Notes: a model not told the origin generated them from the sequence alone. Positions 1-10,181 are shown, numbered from the stretch's first letter. The stretch: 64,000 bases of DNA from Gammaproteobacteria bacterium (GCA_965222155.1 CBDCTH010000012.1:2944001-3008000), one strand, 5' to 3'. Made by a program: numbers and translations.

Positions 1-2338
1 AGGATGCCCCGATAGTCCTCGGCTGATTGCGAAACAGGGATTGTAGTCCGGCGCCACCATACGTTTCGTATAACCAGATATCGCCAAGCTTGTCAAAGAC
101 ATTGTTTATATAGGCGGAAACACCCCAGCCTCCGTCCTGCGATACAAGCCCGACTCGCACGGAAGTCAGACCATAACCGTCCAACTCCTGTTTCAGTAAA
201 ACCGGGTTCAGGATATCGTTGGCGCGACTCAAAATACCATCCTGGTATTGATAGTCGACAAACAGATAGCCTGCATATCGGGTCATGACCGGAAATTCGT
301 AATAGAGCGAGGCATTAAACGTATTCTCCGGACTTCCGGGTAACCTGTCGCCCTTTTTTATCGCGCCAAAACCCGCAGCGGCAGCGCCGGTAAAATCGTT
401 ATCGAACTCAGCGTTCAAATAGCCATAGGCCAAAGAGATTTCCAGACCGGCCGTCGGGTAAATTTTTGTTTCAACCTCTATTCCTTCACTCGACCCATCT
501 CCCCCGTTCACGATATACCCAAACTGGCACAGAGGCATAATGGCGGTCAATTGCAGGTTCTGGTAATCGATCGTATAGGCCGAGGCATTCAGGACGAGCC
601 GATTGTTCGCAAACGAGGATTTGACCGAAACTTCGTAGTTCCAAAGAGATTCTGACTTGAATGGCCCCGGTTCGCTGCCCACTCCCAGGTTTTTCAAATC
701 ATCCCCGCAAAAATCAGGGAGCGGCGCATTGGCTCCCCCTAATCGAAATCCGCGGGACGCCTGCGCCGATATGCTCACGTTTTCTGTTGCATCGTATTTC
801 AAAATAAAACGCGGATTCAAACTGTCATCTTGCGTAGTAGCTTCTTTGAACGAGATGTCAGGACTGCCGGCGAGAAAGCCGGCAAATAATTGCGCCGAGT
901 ATTCTTCGTAATCCGACCACCGCAGGCCCGCAGTCGCGGTAATGTCGTCGGTGACATGCCACGCGAGTTCTCCGAACACCGCGATTTGCTCCAGTTCGGT
1001 GTCAATTGCGAAATCGAGAGCCGAATCCGGGATGCTGGAACTGAAGTCCGCAACAACGTCAACGCCTGTAGTTGCCTCGAAATCGGGCAGTGGTCCGGTC
1101 TGAAAGTAATTCCGCTCCTGGTCCTGATAAAACGCGCCGACAATCCAGTCAATCCTGCCCTCACCGGTGGATACGATTCGTAGTTCCTGTGAAAAACCCT
1201 CCACGTCGGTTTTGTCATTCAGTCCCATTACAAATATATCAGTGCTCTTGATATTGTAGCCCAATTGATCGTAGAACAAACCATAGTCGGGACTGGTGAG
1301 TATGTAGGCAGGATAGCCGCCGAACGCCTGGGTGAAATCGAAGGTATTTTCCACGTCCCGCTCGAGATAAGTCGATGCGGACACCACCTCAAAATTTTCA
1401 AATTCATAAGTGAACGTTGCATTTGCCATGAAAAAATCATTGCTGTTCGTTTCGTCAAATTCCCGTATTTGCCGGCGCTTTCCCGGAGCAGGGAAATTTC
1501 CACCGCCCCGAATGTCAAGAACCAGGATATCGTCGGCCGGAACCGCATCGGCTTCTATTTCCTGGTAAACGAGTGTCAGGTCCAATGAGGCCTTTTCCCC
1601 GTCAGCCAAAAATGCCAGACGCCCGCCCGTTTTATTGCCGTCATTCGCGTCTTCATCGACCCACCCGACTCGAGAGCCAGCAGCAGAAACTGCGGAGATG
1701 CGGTCGATAAAGCCAGCGTAATCATTGTGATACATGACAGCCCTGACGGCCATGGAGTCGCTGAGGGGAATATTGACCATTCCTTTAATATCGAAACCCG
1801 TGCCACCGTCGGAAATATCGGAAACACCGGCGGACAAATTGCCGGAAAATGCCTCCGTATCGGGCTTGTTACTGATATACCGTATCGTGCCGGAGAGGGA
1901 CCCGGAACCGAACAGTGTCCCCTGTGGACCACGCAGCACTTCGACTCGCTGTACATCGTAAGGATCCAGGTCGGGATTGAATAGCGCAAGCGCGATGGGC
2001 GCTTCATCGAGATAAACACCTACGCTCTCCTTATAATTCGGCGCATCCTGCCTGATCGGTGTTGCGGAAGCGCCGCGTATTGTCAATTGATTTACCCCCG
2101 GACCTACGTCCAGAAATGACACGCCGGGTATTTTCTTCAGGAAATCCGCGCTTCCTGTCGCGCCCAGCCTCGACAGAGTCTCGTCTGATACGGCTGTAAT
2201 ACTGAAAGGAATATCCTGCAAGTTCTCGGTACGCTTTTGTGCCGTGACTACGATTTCTTCCAGCATCTGACCAAGTGCGAACTGGATACTTGAGAATAGC
2301 GATAAGGTAATTGCTACTGATACGGTAATTTTTTTCAT
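1..2338 (-). CDS. TonB-dependent receptor; last few codons run off the left edge (absent from ORF track)
   Basis: ATG at 2338 gives MKKITVSVAITLSLFSSIQFALGQMLEEIVVTAQKRTENLQDIP (signal peptide plus TonB box), plug motif RVEVLRGPQGTLFG, and ...NQPRTIGAS at the window edge, a typical TBDR C-terminus. Not every internal codon was checked by hand. Confidence 0.9.
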   Translation of the reverse strand, partial: MKKITVSVAITLSLFSSIQFALGQMLEEIVVTAQKRTENLQDIPFSITAVSDETLSRLGATGSADFLKKIPGVSFLDVGPGVNQLTIRGASATPIRQDAPNYKESVGVYLDEAPIALALFNPDLDPYDVQRVEVLRGPQGTLFGSGSLSGTIRYISNKPDTEAFSGNLSAGVSDISDGGTGFDIKGMVNIPLSDSMAVRAVMYHNDYAGFIDRISAVSAAGSRVGWVDEDANDGNKTGGRLAFLADGEKASLDLTLVYQEIEADAVPADDILVLDIRGGGNFPAPGKRRQIREFDETNSNDFFMANATFTYEFENFEVVSASTYLERDVENTFDFTQAFGGYPAYILTSPDYGLFYDQLGYNIKSTDIFVMGLNDKTDVEGFSQELRIVSTGEGRIDWIVGAFYQDQERNYFQTGPLPDFEATTGVDVVADFSSSIPDSALDFAIDTELEQIAVFGELAWHVTDDITATAGLRWSDYEEYSAQLFAGFLAGSPDISFKEATTQDDSLNPRFILKYDATENVSISAQASRGFRLGGANAPLPDFCGDDLKNLGVGSEPGPFKSESLWNYEVSVKSSFANNRLVLNASAYTIDYQNLQLTAIMPLCQFGYIVNGGDGSSEGIEVETKIYPTAGLEISLAYGYLNAEFDNDFTGAAAAGFGAIKKGDRLPGSPENTFNASLYYEFPVMTRYAGYLFVDYQYQDGILSRANDILNPVLLKQELDGYGLTSVRVGLVSQDGGWGVSAYINNVFDKLGDIWLYETYGGAGLQSLFRNQPRTIGAS

Positions 2339-2504
2339 CTGAACTATACCCCCATAGGTTATCTGCCAGTGTCAGTCGATTCTTTCAGAAAGCGTTTTCC
2401 AGTTATATTGAAATAATTGAATTCAAACATTCCCGATCGGAATGTTTAACCCGCATATCTCATCTATGGATACGCTTAGCCCGGATTTCTCACCGGGCGA
2501 TGCG

Positions 2505-2661
2505 ATGACAAATCGGCAGGACAGACGATTTACAAAGTACGTCCTGTACTTTGCCCCTCCGGGGCCAGCTGCCCGCAGGGTTGCGCCCAGAGCCTGCCCC
2601 CCTGCTTACAACCGCAGGGGCAAGCTCTGTATGGAGTTGAGCAGGGGGAGGGGCGCAATGA
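2505..2661 (+). repeat. Dispersed hairpin repeat family A, copy 1 (longest, extra hairpin modules)
   Basis: ATGACAAATCGGCAGGACAGACGATTT...CCCGCAGGGTTGCGCCCAG...GGGCGCAATGA; homologous to 5179-5252, 43950-44024 and 48301-48401. Confidence 0.85.
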
Positions 2662-2698
2662 ATGCGCAGGATTTTTGAGGTGCGCTCTCCATCTCTCC

Positions 2699-2723
2699 GG
2701 GGACGGATTTCAAATCCGTCCCC
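2699..2723. repeat. Palindrome family B copy 1 (GGGGAC...GTCCCC, REP-like)
   Basis: GGGGACGGATTT-C-AAATCCGTCCCC; relatives at 14870 and 32473. Confidence 0.8.
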
Positions 2724-2773
2724 TTATGCACTGGCAGATTTGTCTGGTTGAGGGGTGAGCCGGAAAAAGAAAA

Positions 2774-2861
2774 GGATATTTGGGGTCAGAGTAAAAATAC
2801 CCAACAACAAGCCACTACCACTTACTAAACTGCTGTATTTTTACTCTGACCCCAAATATCC
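2774..2861. repeat. Perfect 27-bp inverted repeat with 34-bp spacer (REPIN-like)
   Basis: GGATATTTGGGGTCAGAGTAAAAATAC (2774-2800) and its exact reverse complement at 2835-2861. Confidence 0.85.
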
Positions 2862-2936
2862 AAACCTGTATCCGCTGGCAACAAGCGGCCTGAGAAATCC
2901 GGACTAATACTTAATCAGAGAGTTATATACTTTGGT

Positions 2937-3704
2937 TCATGTAGACGTCGATCCGCCCGGCGCAGAGAGGACAACCGCCACTCCATGCTCCCGCAGTAGC
3001 GTCAGCAGCATATCCCGGCGCTCCCGAAAAGCACATTTCTTCATTGCCCGTACGGACGCGCTGAGCGCGGCTGGTGTCAGCCCGGACAGTAACCGGGACT
3101 CAGTCAGAGGGGTTGGGCTGCCTGGCGCCCGGAGGTCCAGGAAAACAGCGTGCAACGTCCGGTCCGGCATCCGCTCCAAATGCCAGTACTCGGGCACACC
3201 CAAGTCCCGGTAGAAGATCTGTTTAGCCTTATCAAAGTGTGTCACCTCCACTTCCACCACCAGGTCCGGAGGGTGCGCTAGAGTCCAGGCATCCGCCTGT
3301 TCGCCTTCGTCCTCATCAAAAGTCTGGTACGTCAAGGCGTTCTCCCCAAGGTAATAACAGCAATCCGGCTCGGCGCCGGTATCCGGCGGGTCAGTCGGTC
3401 GGCGCCAGCGGGTGGCACGGAGGGGCTCGCAATCCAGATTCAGGAACGTCGCGGTTTCCTGTACTACGAAATCAATACGGCTAGCCAACCCTTCATGAGT
3501 CCGTCCAGGGGTCATCAAAAGGACCAATCCGCGTACCGGATCAAGTACGACCCGGCGGAAAGCGTCCTCCAGATGCAGCCGAGCAAGCGCCAGAACTGTC
3601 CCGGGGTCGGCATAAAAAGCAATATAGCGAGAGCCCATTGAACCGGTTCTCAGGGTCAACATCTCCGGACCAGGCGCCGGAACGGACTCAGCTGTGGCGC
3701 GCAC
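2937..3704 (-). CDS. Uma2/DUF820 family putative PD-(D/E)XK endonuclease
   Basis: Motifs EPDCCYY, PPDLVVEVEVT, FYRDLGVPEYW, ESRLLSGL. Confidence 0.85.
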   Translation of the reverse strand: MRATAESVPAPGPEMLTLRTGSMGSRYIAFYADPGTVLALARLHLEDAFRRVVLDPVRGLVLLMTPGRTHEGLASRIDFVVQETATFLNLDCEPLRATRWRRPTDPPDTGAEPDCCYYLGENALTYQTFDEDEGEQADAWTLAHPPDLVVEVEVTHFDKAKQIFYRDLGVPEYWHLERMPDRTLHAVFLDLRAPGSPTPLTESRLLSGLTPAALSASVRAMKKCAFRERRDMLLTLLREHGVAVVLSAPGGSTST

Positions 3705-4054
3705 GATGTGATCCTCCAGGTTTCAATGAAACAGGGCGACAGTATAGCATCCGCTCTGACCAAGTACACTCTGAGCTGCCCAAATTCCGCGTTAGAGATT
3801 TGAAACGGGCATTCAAGGCGCATTCTGCCTGTTTGTAGTGCCTTACTCCATAGCAATGAGCCAGGGTTCACCCTTGTATCGGGTAGGTTATCGCGCGCTC
3901 ACGCCGGATTGGGATCATACCGGGCAGATTAACGGGGTCAGGGCGATAAGACAGGGATGGGTGGCCTGCCCTCGGCTGAAAAACAGATGGCCAAAACAAC
4001 AATTTGGATGTTCATGGCTATACTCCCCCTATTCCCTTTATTTGTACAGAATGC

Positions 4055-4139
4055 CTTAGCAGCAGGCTTGCCGTGTACCGTGATCTGCTGCGGCCCATTC
4101 TGCTGAACGGTCTTCACCAGTTCACTCAGGCGGGCCTGC
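4055..4139 (-). pseudogene. Fragment of a Phd/YefM-type antitoxin
   Basis: QARLSELVKTVQQNGPQQITVHGKPAA resembles the Phd N-terminal DNA-binding domain. Both ends are missing and it abuts the RES stop codon. Confidence 0.65.
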
Positions 4140-4619
4140 TTAATTTTCAGACGAAAACGCCCGCTTGTTGAAGATGACTGTTTCAATCGAAACAAGTGTC
4201 AGCGTCCGTGAACCAGGGTGTACCGGATTGACCAGAGAGATGTTCTCCAACCCGCCCGGTATCGCGGCGCTCGGCACAAGAAGTAGTGCCGAGGTCGCTG
4301 CCTGGAGCCAGCGGCTACCCAGTTCCTGAGTCACGGCAGGGTATGGATAACCGTTCCAGCCTGTCGGCAGGTCTTCAATCCCCCACTGTTCAAAGCTGAT
4401 ATCGCCGTCTGTCTCGTAGATCCCCAGACGATAGCTTTTCGGGACCAGCCGCGGTGAGCGCAGGTAGTTGGCCATCTCCAGCATGGCCACGCCGGCGGAG
4501 CAGGCAAAATACAGGATCGGCAACCCCGCCCTGTTCCAGCGGCCCCCGTCCTGAAAGCTTGCTCCCCGTCCGCTGTAATTCTCCAGCAGGTTTTCAGGAC
4601 AGATGCGGTACAGCCGCAT
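4140..4619 (-). CDS. RES-domain toxin (RES-Xre/MbcT/ParT-like)
   Basis: LYRI..SGRGA..GGRWNRAG..LYFACSAGVAMLE..LLVPSAAIP..LVNPVHP. Confidence 0.92.
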   Translation of the reverse strand: MRLYRICPENLLENYSGRGASFQDGGRWNRAGLPILYFACSAGVAMLEMANYLRSPRLVPKSYRLGIYETDGDISFEQWGIEDLPTGWNGYPYPAVTQELGSRWLQAATSALLLVPSAAIPGGLENISLVNPVHPGSRTLTLVSIETVIFNKRAFSSEN

Positions 4620-5062
4620 CAGGTGAATTCGCCGTACTCTATCTTTCGCAACGCACCCTGCACCATTGCGCGACCGGCAAAGGTGTCACACATGTCCAGA
4701 GGACTGTGCCCGCCCAGAGCCGGGATAGCAGTCTCCAGCCATTCACCCGCCCTGTCGATATCGCCGAAGACCGATACAGCCTTGGCAAAGACACACAGCA
4801 TGTCAAGGATGCCTTCGGACTGGGACGGACTGAGTGTCTTGCGACGGAAATACCGGTTCAGGTTTCCCCCGGTCGTTTCCAGCAGACGAACGAACACCTC
4901 GCGGTGTCCCAGAATTCCGACCGCCTGTTTAACCACGTCGCCAGATAGTCCCCTGCGTGCAGCCTGAATAAGTGAAACCCGGTCTGTGAACACCATTGTT
5001 GGGATGTCTATGCCTTCTATGTGCTGGCTGCGGGAAGCCGACTGATGTGATGTCTGATTCAT
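4619..5062 (-). CDS. Xre/MbcA/ParS-type antitoxin
   Basis: N-terminal HTH-like region, C-terminal VFGD..AGEWLETAIPALGGHSPLDMCDTFAG..L.KIEYGEF; stop overlaps the toxin start. Confidence 0.92.
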   Translation of the reverse strand: MNQTSHQSASRSQHIEGIDIPTMVFTDRVSLIQAARRGLSGDVVKQAVGILGHREVFVRLLETTGGNLNRYFRRKTLSPSQSEGILDMLCVFAKAVSVFGDIDRAGEWLETAIPALGGHSPLDMCDTFAGRAMVQGALRKIEYGEFT

Positions 5063-5178
5063 GTTGCCCCTGTGTTGAAATAGTGTATCTGGGGGGGCAG
5101 TATAGCATCATTTTGATGATTGCGCCACATCAAGTATTTTCCAATATGAAATGAGCCTGAAATAATCTGCGTTTCTGC

Positions 5179-5252
5179 TCATTGCGCCCATCCCTGTGTG
5201 CAACCCTCAGGCGGCTCCGCCGTGCAAATCGTCTGTCCTGACGATTTGTCAT
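5179..5252 (-). repeat. Repeat family A copy 2
   Basis: Reverse complement reads ATGACAAATCGTCAGGACAGACGATTTGCACGGCGGAGCCGCCTGAGGGTTGCACACAGGGATGGGCGCAATGA. Confidence 0.85.
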
Positions 5253-5260
5253 GATAGGAG

Positions 5261-5600
5261 GATGAAAACAATCATGAATGCAAACGACTTAACGACAGTC
5301 GACCAGGTACGTGCCTTTTTGTCTGGTACGCAACGGGTGGCCTTAGAGCGATTCCGGCCAGAAATAGCACATCGGCGCAAGCCAGTAACTGGACGGATCC
5401 TGCTCTAACTCATAACACGGATCCTGCTCTGACTCATAACGTTGCCGGGCCAGCGCCCTCGAACCCCTCCCTTGCGCAAACAGCGCCGATCGTGGCATCC
5501 CGCTGATGTTCGTCGTCTCTCCAACAACCGGTGGGAATTTCAAATCGTTCCGCAAAGCCCGTCGGGATCGGCACCGACCCAGAACCTGCTCACTGTCATC
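5261..5600 (+). pseudogene. Probable integrase-core transposase remnant, internally deleted and interrupted
   Basis: AGGAGG RBS then MKTIMNANDLTTVDQVRAFLSGTQRVA resembles the N-terminus of proteobacterial integrase-core IS transposases (recall only). Interrupted at 5344 by a short TAGAGC...GCTCTA element and a 24-bp tandem duplication. Confidence 0.45.
5393..5440 (+). repeat. 24-bp tandem duplication
   Basis: ACGGATCCTGCTCTAACTCATAAC followed by ACGGATCCTGCTCTGACTCATAAC (one mismatch). Confidence 0.85.
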
Positions 5601-5932
5601 ACCTCATGTTTTTCATACACATCAGTTTATCACATGCCAGGGGTTATCACTTGTAACGAAACCGGCTTCGTGGCGCGGACAGGAATTGATCTGTCGCCGG
5701 CACTGGATCAAAGCCTGCGTCAATCCAGATGTGAGGGCTGTCACGAAACAGGCCGTGTGCGTACTCCCATGGAAGATCCACATCCCCGGCGTCGGTTCAA
5801 GTGAGCAACGCCGCGGCCAGGTTCTGGCAAAAATCCTCTTTCTCTACGTTGAACCAGGGAATGGCCATCAGGTGGTTCGTATCGGAATGAGTGTTTACTT
5901 CCACGGATTTTCCTTTCTCACAACGGACCCAG

Positions 5933-6238
5933 GGCATCCGCTCCAAATGCCAGTACTCGGGCACACCCAAGTCCCGGTAGAAGATCTGTTTAGCCTCATC
6001 AAAGTGTGTCACCTCCACTTCCACCACCAGGTCCGGAGGGTGCGCTAGAGTCCAGGCATCCGCCTGTTCGCCTTCGTCCTCATCAAAAGTCGGGTACGTC
6101 AAGGCGTTCTCCCCAAGGTAATAACAGCAATCCGGCTCGGCGCCGGAACGGACTCAGCTGTGGCGCGCACGATGTGATCCTCCAGGTTTCAATGAAACAG
6201 GACGACAGTATAGCCTCCGCTCTGGCCAAGTACGCTGA
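5933..6238 (-). pseudogene. Truncated, internally deleted duplicate of the Uma2 gene
   Basis: Near-identical to 3166-3379 joined to 3681-3770. A 301-bp deletion occurred between GGCGCCGG microhomologies and the 3' end is replaced by unrelated sequence. Confidence 0.9.
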
Positions 6239-6346
6239 ACTGAACTGTGTCCCAATTCACAAATCATTTGATTGTTGTACTCAATCGAGTAACGGATTCC
6301 ATTGTGGATTGCTTCACAGCGACCCATACGATCCGACAAACTCTTC

Positions 6347-7363
6347 TCAGTTGACCGGGGTCATGTCTGCGGGTGCTGCCACCGTTGCAATTTTTTTCAG
6401 CCGATCCTGGGCCAAGCGGGCGGCTGTCGTGCCGGGGTATTGTTGAATCAAGTCCTCCAGCTGCTGTTTTGCCGGTTCAATCTGCCCCAGTTCGAGTTGA
6501 CAGAAAGCGGCCTTCAATCTTGCCTGGGCCAGCTTCCGGCTCTCGGGATAATTCTGCAGCAGAACGTTATATTCAACCAGCGCCTGGTCGAAGCGGCTGT
6601 TTACATGATATGCCTCAGCCAGCCAGAACTGGGCTTTATCGGCGTATTCAGTGTCAGGATAACGCGCCAGGAATTCACGAAATGCCGTGATGGACCGGTC
6701 ATAACGGGACTGTTTCAACAGGTTGAAGGCGTTTTGGTAATCCGCTTGAATCCGTTCCGGGTCCACTTCGGCAGGCATGGCATCGTCGGCCTCTTCAGGC
6801 GCTTCAGACAGCGTCATCTCCTGCGCGGAGTCTGTCGCCGCCCCGGTTCCTTCCGGCTCGGAAACCGGCGCCGGTGGCGTGGTCAAGGGGACAACATCCT
6901 CGCCTGTTGACCCTGCCTCCGGCCCTTGGTCAACCAGCTCCAGTGTCAGCGGCGTTTCGTCCTGCAACTCTGCGTTTGTTGTTTCCGGATCGGTGATGGG
7001 AGACAGGGTCTGCAACGGCGGTTCAGTTCCTCCGGTCGCTGCCTCAGTAGTGGTCGTCAGCGGGTTTTCGAAACGCTGCAGGCGTCTGTCTATATCCTTG
7101 TATAAGTCACGTTGGCGTTTTTTTATCTGCTCAAGCACATGGTTTTGTACTTCCAACTCACCGCGCAGACGACTGATTTCCTGCTCCAGGGTTTCCATCT
7201 GCTGCAACATCTCCAGCAAGCCCTGGTTGGACAGCAATTCCTCGATACTCTCAAGGCGAGTCAGGAGAACCGCATCGGGGTCCACGGCTTCTTCGGCGCC
7301 CACTCCGATAGCGCCGGCCTGCGCGGCGATAAGCAGGATAAGCGCCTGTCTTTTAGCCCACAT
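6347..7363 (-). CDS. cpoB: Tol-Pal system protein CpoB/YbgF
   Basis: N-terminal coiled coil, C-terminal TPRs (YQNAFNLL..AQFWLAE..YPGTTAARLA), downstream of pal. Confidence 0.93.
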   Translation of the reverse strand: MWAKRQALILLIAAQAGAIGVGAEEAVDPDAVLLTRLESIEELLSNQGLLEMLQQMETLEQEISRLRGELEVQNHVLEQIKKRQRDLYKDIDRRLQRFENPLTTTTEAATGGTEPPLQTLSPITDPETTNAELQDETPLTLELVDQGPEAGSTGEDVVPLTTPPAPVSEPEGTGAATDSAQEMTLSEAPEEADDAMPAEVDPERIQADYQNAFNLLKQSRYDRSITAFREFLARYPDTEYADKAQFWLAEAYHVNSRFDQALVEYNVLLQNYPESRKLAQARLKAAFCQLELGQIEPAKQQLEDLIQQYPGTTAARLAQDRLKKIATVAAPADMTPVN

Positions 7364-7373
7364 CGTTCTCGGC

Positions 7374-7919
7374 TCAGTAAACGAACTCCACCCGCCTGTT
7401 CAGCGCCCAGGCCTGTTCATCATGGCCGGGATCGGCGGGCCGTTCCTCACCGTAACTCACGGTCCTGACCTGGTCCGGGGACGCGCCCAGCACGACCAGT
7501 TGTTTTTTGACTGCGTTTGCACGCCGCTCACTCAGGGCAAGGTTGTATTCACGGGTGCCGCGCTCATCGGCATGTCCTTCCAGTGTCATCGTCACCCCGG
7601 GGTTGGCTTGCAGAAAACCGGCATGGGACCGGATGATCTCCTCAAATTGTAACAGTACTGTGCTGCTGTCATAATCAAAATAAATGATGCGCACGGACAA
7701 CAGGCTTTCCGGATCATCCAGTTGCTGCAGAGCGCTGGCCTGATCTTCCCCTGCACCGAATGACTGTGCTTCGCTTCCCGCATCAGCGGTGCCGTCATCT
7801 GTCATGCCTGCGCTGTCAGACTTGTCGACAACCTCGGGAGCCACGTCTTTTTCGGGGGTTGTGGTACAGGCCGTGACAAACAAGCCTAATGAAAGCAACA
7901 GCAGGGTATTCTTGATCAT
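7374..7919 (-). CDS. pal: Peptidoglycan-associated lipoprotein Pal
   Basis: Lipobox VTAC; IYFDYDS, EGHADERGTREYNLALSERRA, NRRVE. Confidence 0.97.
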   Translation of the reverse strand: MIKNTLLLLSLGLFVTACTTTPEKDVAPEVVDKSDSAGMTDDGTADAGSEAQSFGAGEDQASALQQLDDPESLLSVRIIYFDYDSSTVLLQFEEIIRSHAGFLQANPGVTMTLEGHADERGTREYNLALSERRANAVKKQLVVLGASPDQVRTVSYGEERPADPGHDEQAWALNRRVEFVY

Positions 7920-7981
7920 AATCGTTCTCCGGTTTCAAAGACATAAGGATAGCATTCATTACGGGATAAGTTGATTCAAAT

Positions 7982-9286
7982 TCAGTCCGACGGGTATGGC
8001 CCCCAGGCGGGTTCCCGTACCTGGCCGTCCTGCAAGGCCAGCCTCTGGTGCACGCTGCCATCGGCCGAGACAGCCGCCAATTCAGAACCGTGACGGCCGT
8101 TGGTAGCATAGATGATCATGCTGCCGTTAGGCGAAAAACTGGGCGATTCGTCCAGTCGGCTATTTGTCAGGACACTCAGGTTGCCGCTGTCAAGGTCGAG
8201 ATAAGAAATCCTGTAGGCGCCGCCGGTACCATTTACCAAGGTGATACCGGAGCCGTCCGGGGCATAACGCGGGCGGGCGAAATAAGACCCCTCAAAAGTA
8301 AGTCTCCTGGGCATGCCCTCTTGCAGGTCTACCTCGTAAATCTGCGGCGTGCCGCCCCGGTCGGAAGTAAAAATGAGTTTGCTGCCGTCCGGCGACCAGT
8401 TCGGCTCCGTATCAATGGCTCGATTATGGGTTATACGCTGCAACGAGTTAGTGGACAGGTGCAGTACAAAGATTTCCGGATCGCCGTCTTTTGACAGTGT
8501 CATTGCCAGTCGCCCGCCGTCGGGGGAGAACGCCGGCGCGCTGTTGATACCCTCGTAAGAAGCTACTTCATTTCTCTCTCCGGTACGGATGTTCTGCACA
8601 AATACCGATGAGTTGTTCCCTTCGAAAGATACGTAGGCCAGGTACTGGCCGTCCGGCGACCAGGCCGGTGACATCAGGGACTGGTCCGATTCGAGCAGCA
8701 CCTGTGGGTTAAAGCCGTCAGCATCGGCGACTTGCAGGCTATGGCGTTCTTCCCCGGCCGCATTCTGCCGGACCGTAACATAGGCAATTCGGGTATCGAA
8801 TGCGCCACGCACGCCAGTCAGCTTTTCGAATATGATATCGCTGATACGGTGCGCGGTACGGCGCAGCTGTTTGCTCGTTGCCTTGATCCGAAACCCGGTG
8901 ATCTGCACCCCCTTGTAGACGTCAAGCAGCCTGAATTCGATGTCAAAGTCGCCCGTCTCATTCCGTGCCAGGTTACCGATGACGATGTTTTCCATGCGTA
9001 ATAACTGCCAGTCCCTGAAATTGACATGTGCGAATTCCACCGGCTGTTGTGGCATCTCTGCATCGTCCATGGTAGCGAAGCGCCCGCTTCTTGCCAGGTC
9101 GTTGGCAATTGTCCTATGAAAATCTATCGGCTGCGTGTCGGGCGCGCCGTTCCAGCCAAACGGTATAACGGCGATTGGCAACGTATTTTCAACACCAGTA
9201 TCGATAAATATTTCCAGTTCCCCCTGAGCCTGGAGCTGGGGCATGATTGACAGTAACACCATCAACAGGCGGCAAATGTAACTCAC
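7982..9286 (-). CDS. tolB: TolB
   Basis: PD40 repeats ([22 protein letters not shown]), C-terminal EPAWGP. Confidence 0.97.
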   Translation of the reverse strand: MSYICRLLMVLLSIMPQLQAQGELEIFIDTGVENTLPIAVIPFGWNGAPDTQPIDFHRTIANDLARSGRFATMDDAEMPQQPVEFAHVNFRDWQLLRMENIVIGNLARNETGDFDIEFRLLDVYKGVQITGFRIKATSKQLRRTAHRISDIIFEKLTGVRGAFDTRIAYVTVRQNAAGEERHSLQVADADGFNPQVLLESDQSLMSPAWSPDGQYLAYVSFEGNNSSVFVQNIRTGERNEVASYEGINSAPAFSPDGGRLAMTLSKDGDPEIFVLHLSTNSLQRITHNRAIDTEPNWSPDGSKLIFTSDRGGTPQIYEVDLQEGMPRRLTFEGSYFARPRYAPDGSGITLVNGTGGAYRISYLDLDSGNLSVLTNSRLDESPSFSPNGSMIIYATNGRHGSELAAVSADGSVHQRLALQDGQVREPAWGPYPSD

Positions 9287-9290
9287 GTCA

Positions 9291-10175
9291 TTAATCCTTG
9301 GGTTTAAATCTGAAATTGAATTTTCTGAGGCTCAACCTGTCGAACGTGGCCGGGTCCTCGGGCAACGGCAGCGGGGAGGCCTTCTCAACCGCGGTGACGG
9401 CCCTCCGGTCAAAAACTTCATTGCCGCTTGATTTATTTACTGTCACGCTGATCACCTCACCGCCGGGGATGGTTTGTACTGATAATACGCATTCCAGTCC
9501 TTTAGGCAAGCCGGTTTTATTAAAGTTTCCTGTCACTACCTGATAAATCTCCGCAACAATATTTTGCAGGGTTTTCTTATCCTGGTTGCGTTGTTCCTGG
9601 GCGAGTTGTTGCCGCATTGCTTGCTCGGCCTCTTTCTTTTTCTTTTCCTCTTGTTTCCTTTTCTGTTCCGCCTCAGCCTTGCGCTTTTCCTGTTCGATGC
9701 GTTTTCGCTCTGCTTCGGCTTTGCGGTTCTCTTCTTCAATCCGTTTCAAGTCAGCTTCGGCCTTGCGCTTTTCCTGTTTGATACGCTCTCGCTCCACCGC
9801 GGTCTTGCGTTCTTCCTCCTTGCGCTTCCGCTCAGCTTCAGTCCTGCGCTGTTCCTCTTCCTTACGTTGTTGTTCCGCGGCCCGCTTGCGTTTCTCTTCC
9901 TCTTTCCTCTTTTTCTCCACCGCGTCGGCCTGCCGCTCCAGGTCTTTCAGTTTTTTCTCCATGGCCCGTTGCTTTTCCTGCTCCAGTTCCCTGAGCCGCT
10001 GCAGTTCTTTTTCAACGGCCTTGTCATCCACGGTGACCGCTTCAACTATGTTTTCCCTGGGCTGCGGTTTGAAGACAGGCCGGCGCGCGCTATCAAAATT
10101 AACGACCAGGGCCGTGATAACGACTACGTGCAGTGCCAGGGAGTATAGAAACGAGCGCAGTGTCAGAAAACGCAT
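9291..10175 (-). CDS. tolA: TolA
   Basis: N-terminal TM with SxxxH, E/K/R-rich helical stalk, C-terminal [16 protein letters not shown]. Confidence 0.93.
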   Translation of the reverse strand: MRFLTLRSFLYSLALHVVVITALVVNFDSARRPVFKPQPRENIVEAVTVDDKAVEKELQRLRELEQEKQRAMEKKLKDLERQADAVEKKRKEEEKRKRAAEQQRKEEEQRRTEAERKRKEEERKTAVERERIKQEKRKAEADLKRIEEENRKAEAERKRIEQEKRKAEAEQKRKQEEKKKKEAEQAMRQQLAQEQRNQDKKTLQNIVAEIYQVVTGNFNKTGLPKGLECVLSVQTIPGGEVISVTVNKSSGNEVFDRRAVTAVEKASPLPLPEDPATFDRLSLRKFNFRFKPKD

Positions 10176-10181
10176 GGCGCA

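Larger units (their letters stand above)
2479..2904. mobile_element. Composite MITE-like element with 14-bp terminal inverted repeats, flanked by TA
   Basis: Left end GCCCGGATTTCTCA (2479-2492), right end TGAGAAATCCGGAC (2891-2904), 13/14 inverted match, TA on both sides. Non-coding interior made of nested hairpins. Confidence 0.6.

Noticed and set aside
657-2019. Several short ORFs on both strands
   Set aside because: Shadows of the TonB receptor frame that runs off the window edge.
2442-2678. 78-aa ORF
   Set aside because: It is a translation of repeat family A, not a credible gene.
5393-5440. Possible mini-CRISPR
   Set aside because: Two abutting units with no spacer and no cas genes.
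5600-5932. Possible fragment of another gene fused to the Uma2 copy
   Set aside because: No family recognisable by eye; left uncalled.
6777-7652. 291-aa Ser-rich ORF
   Set aside because: Antisense to cpoB and pal.
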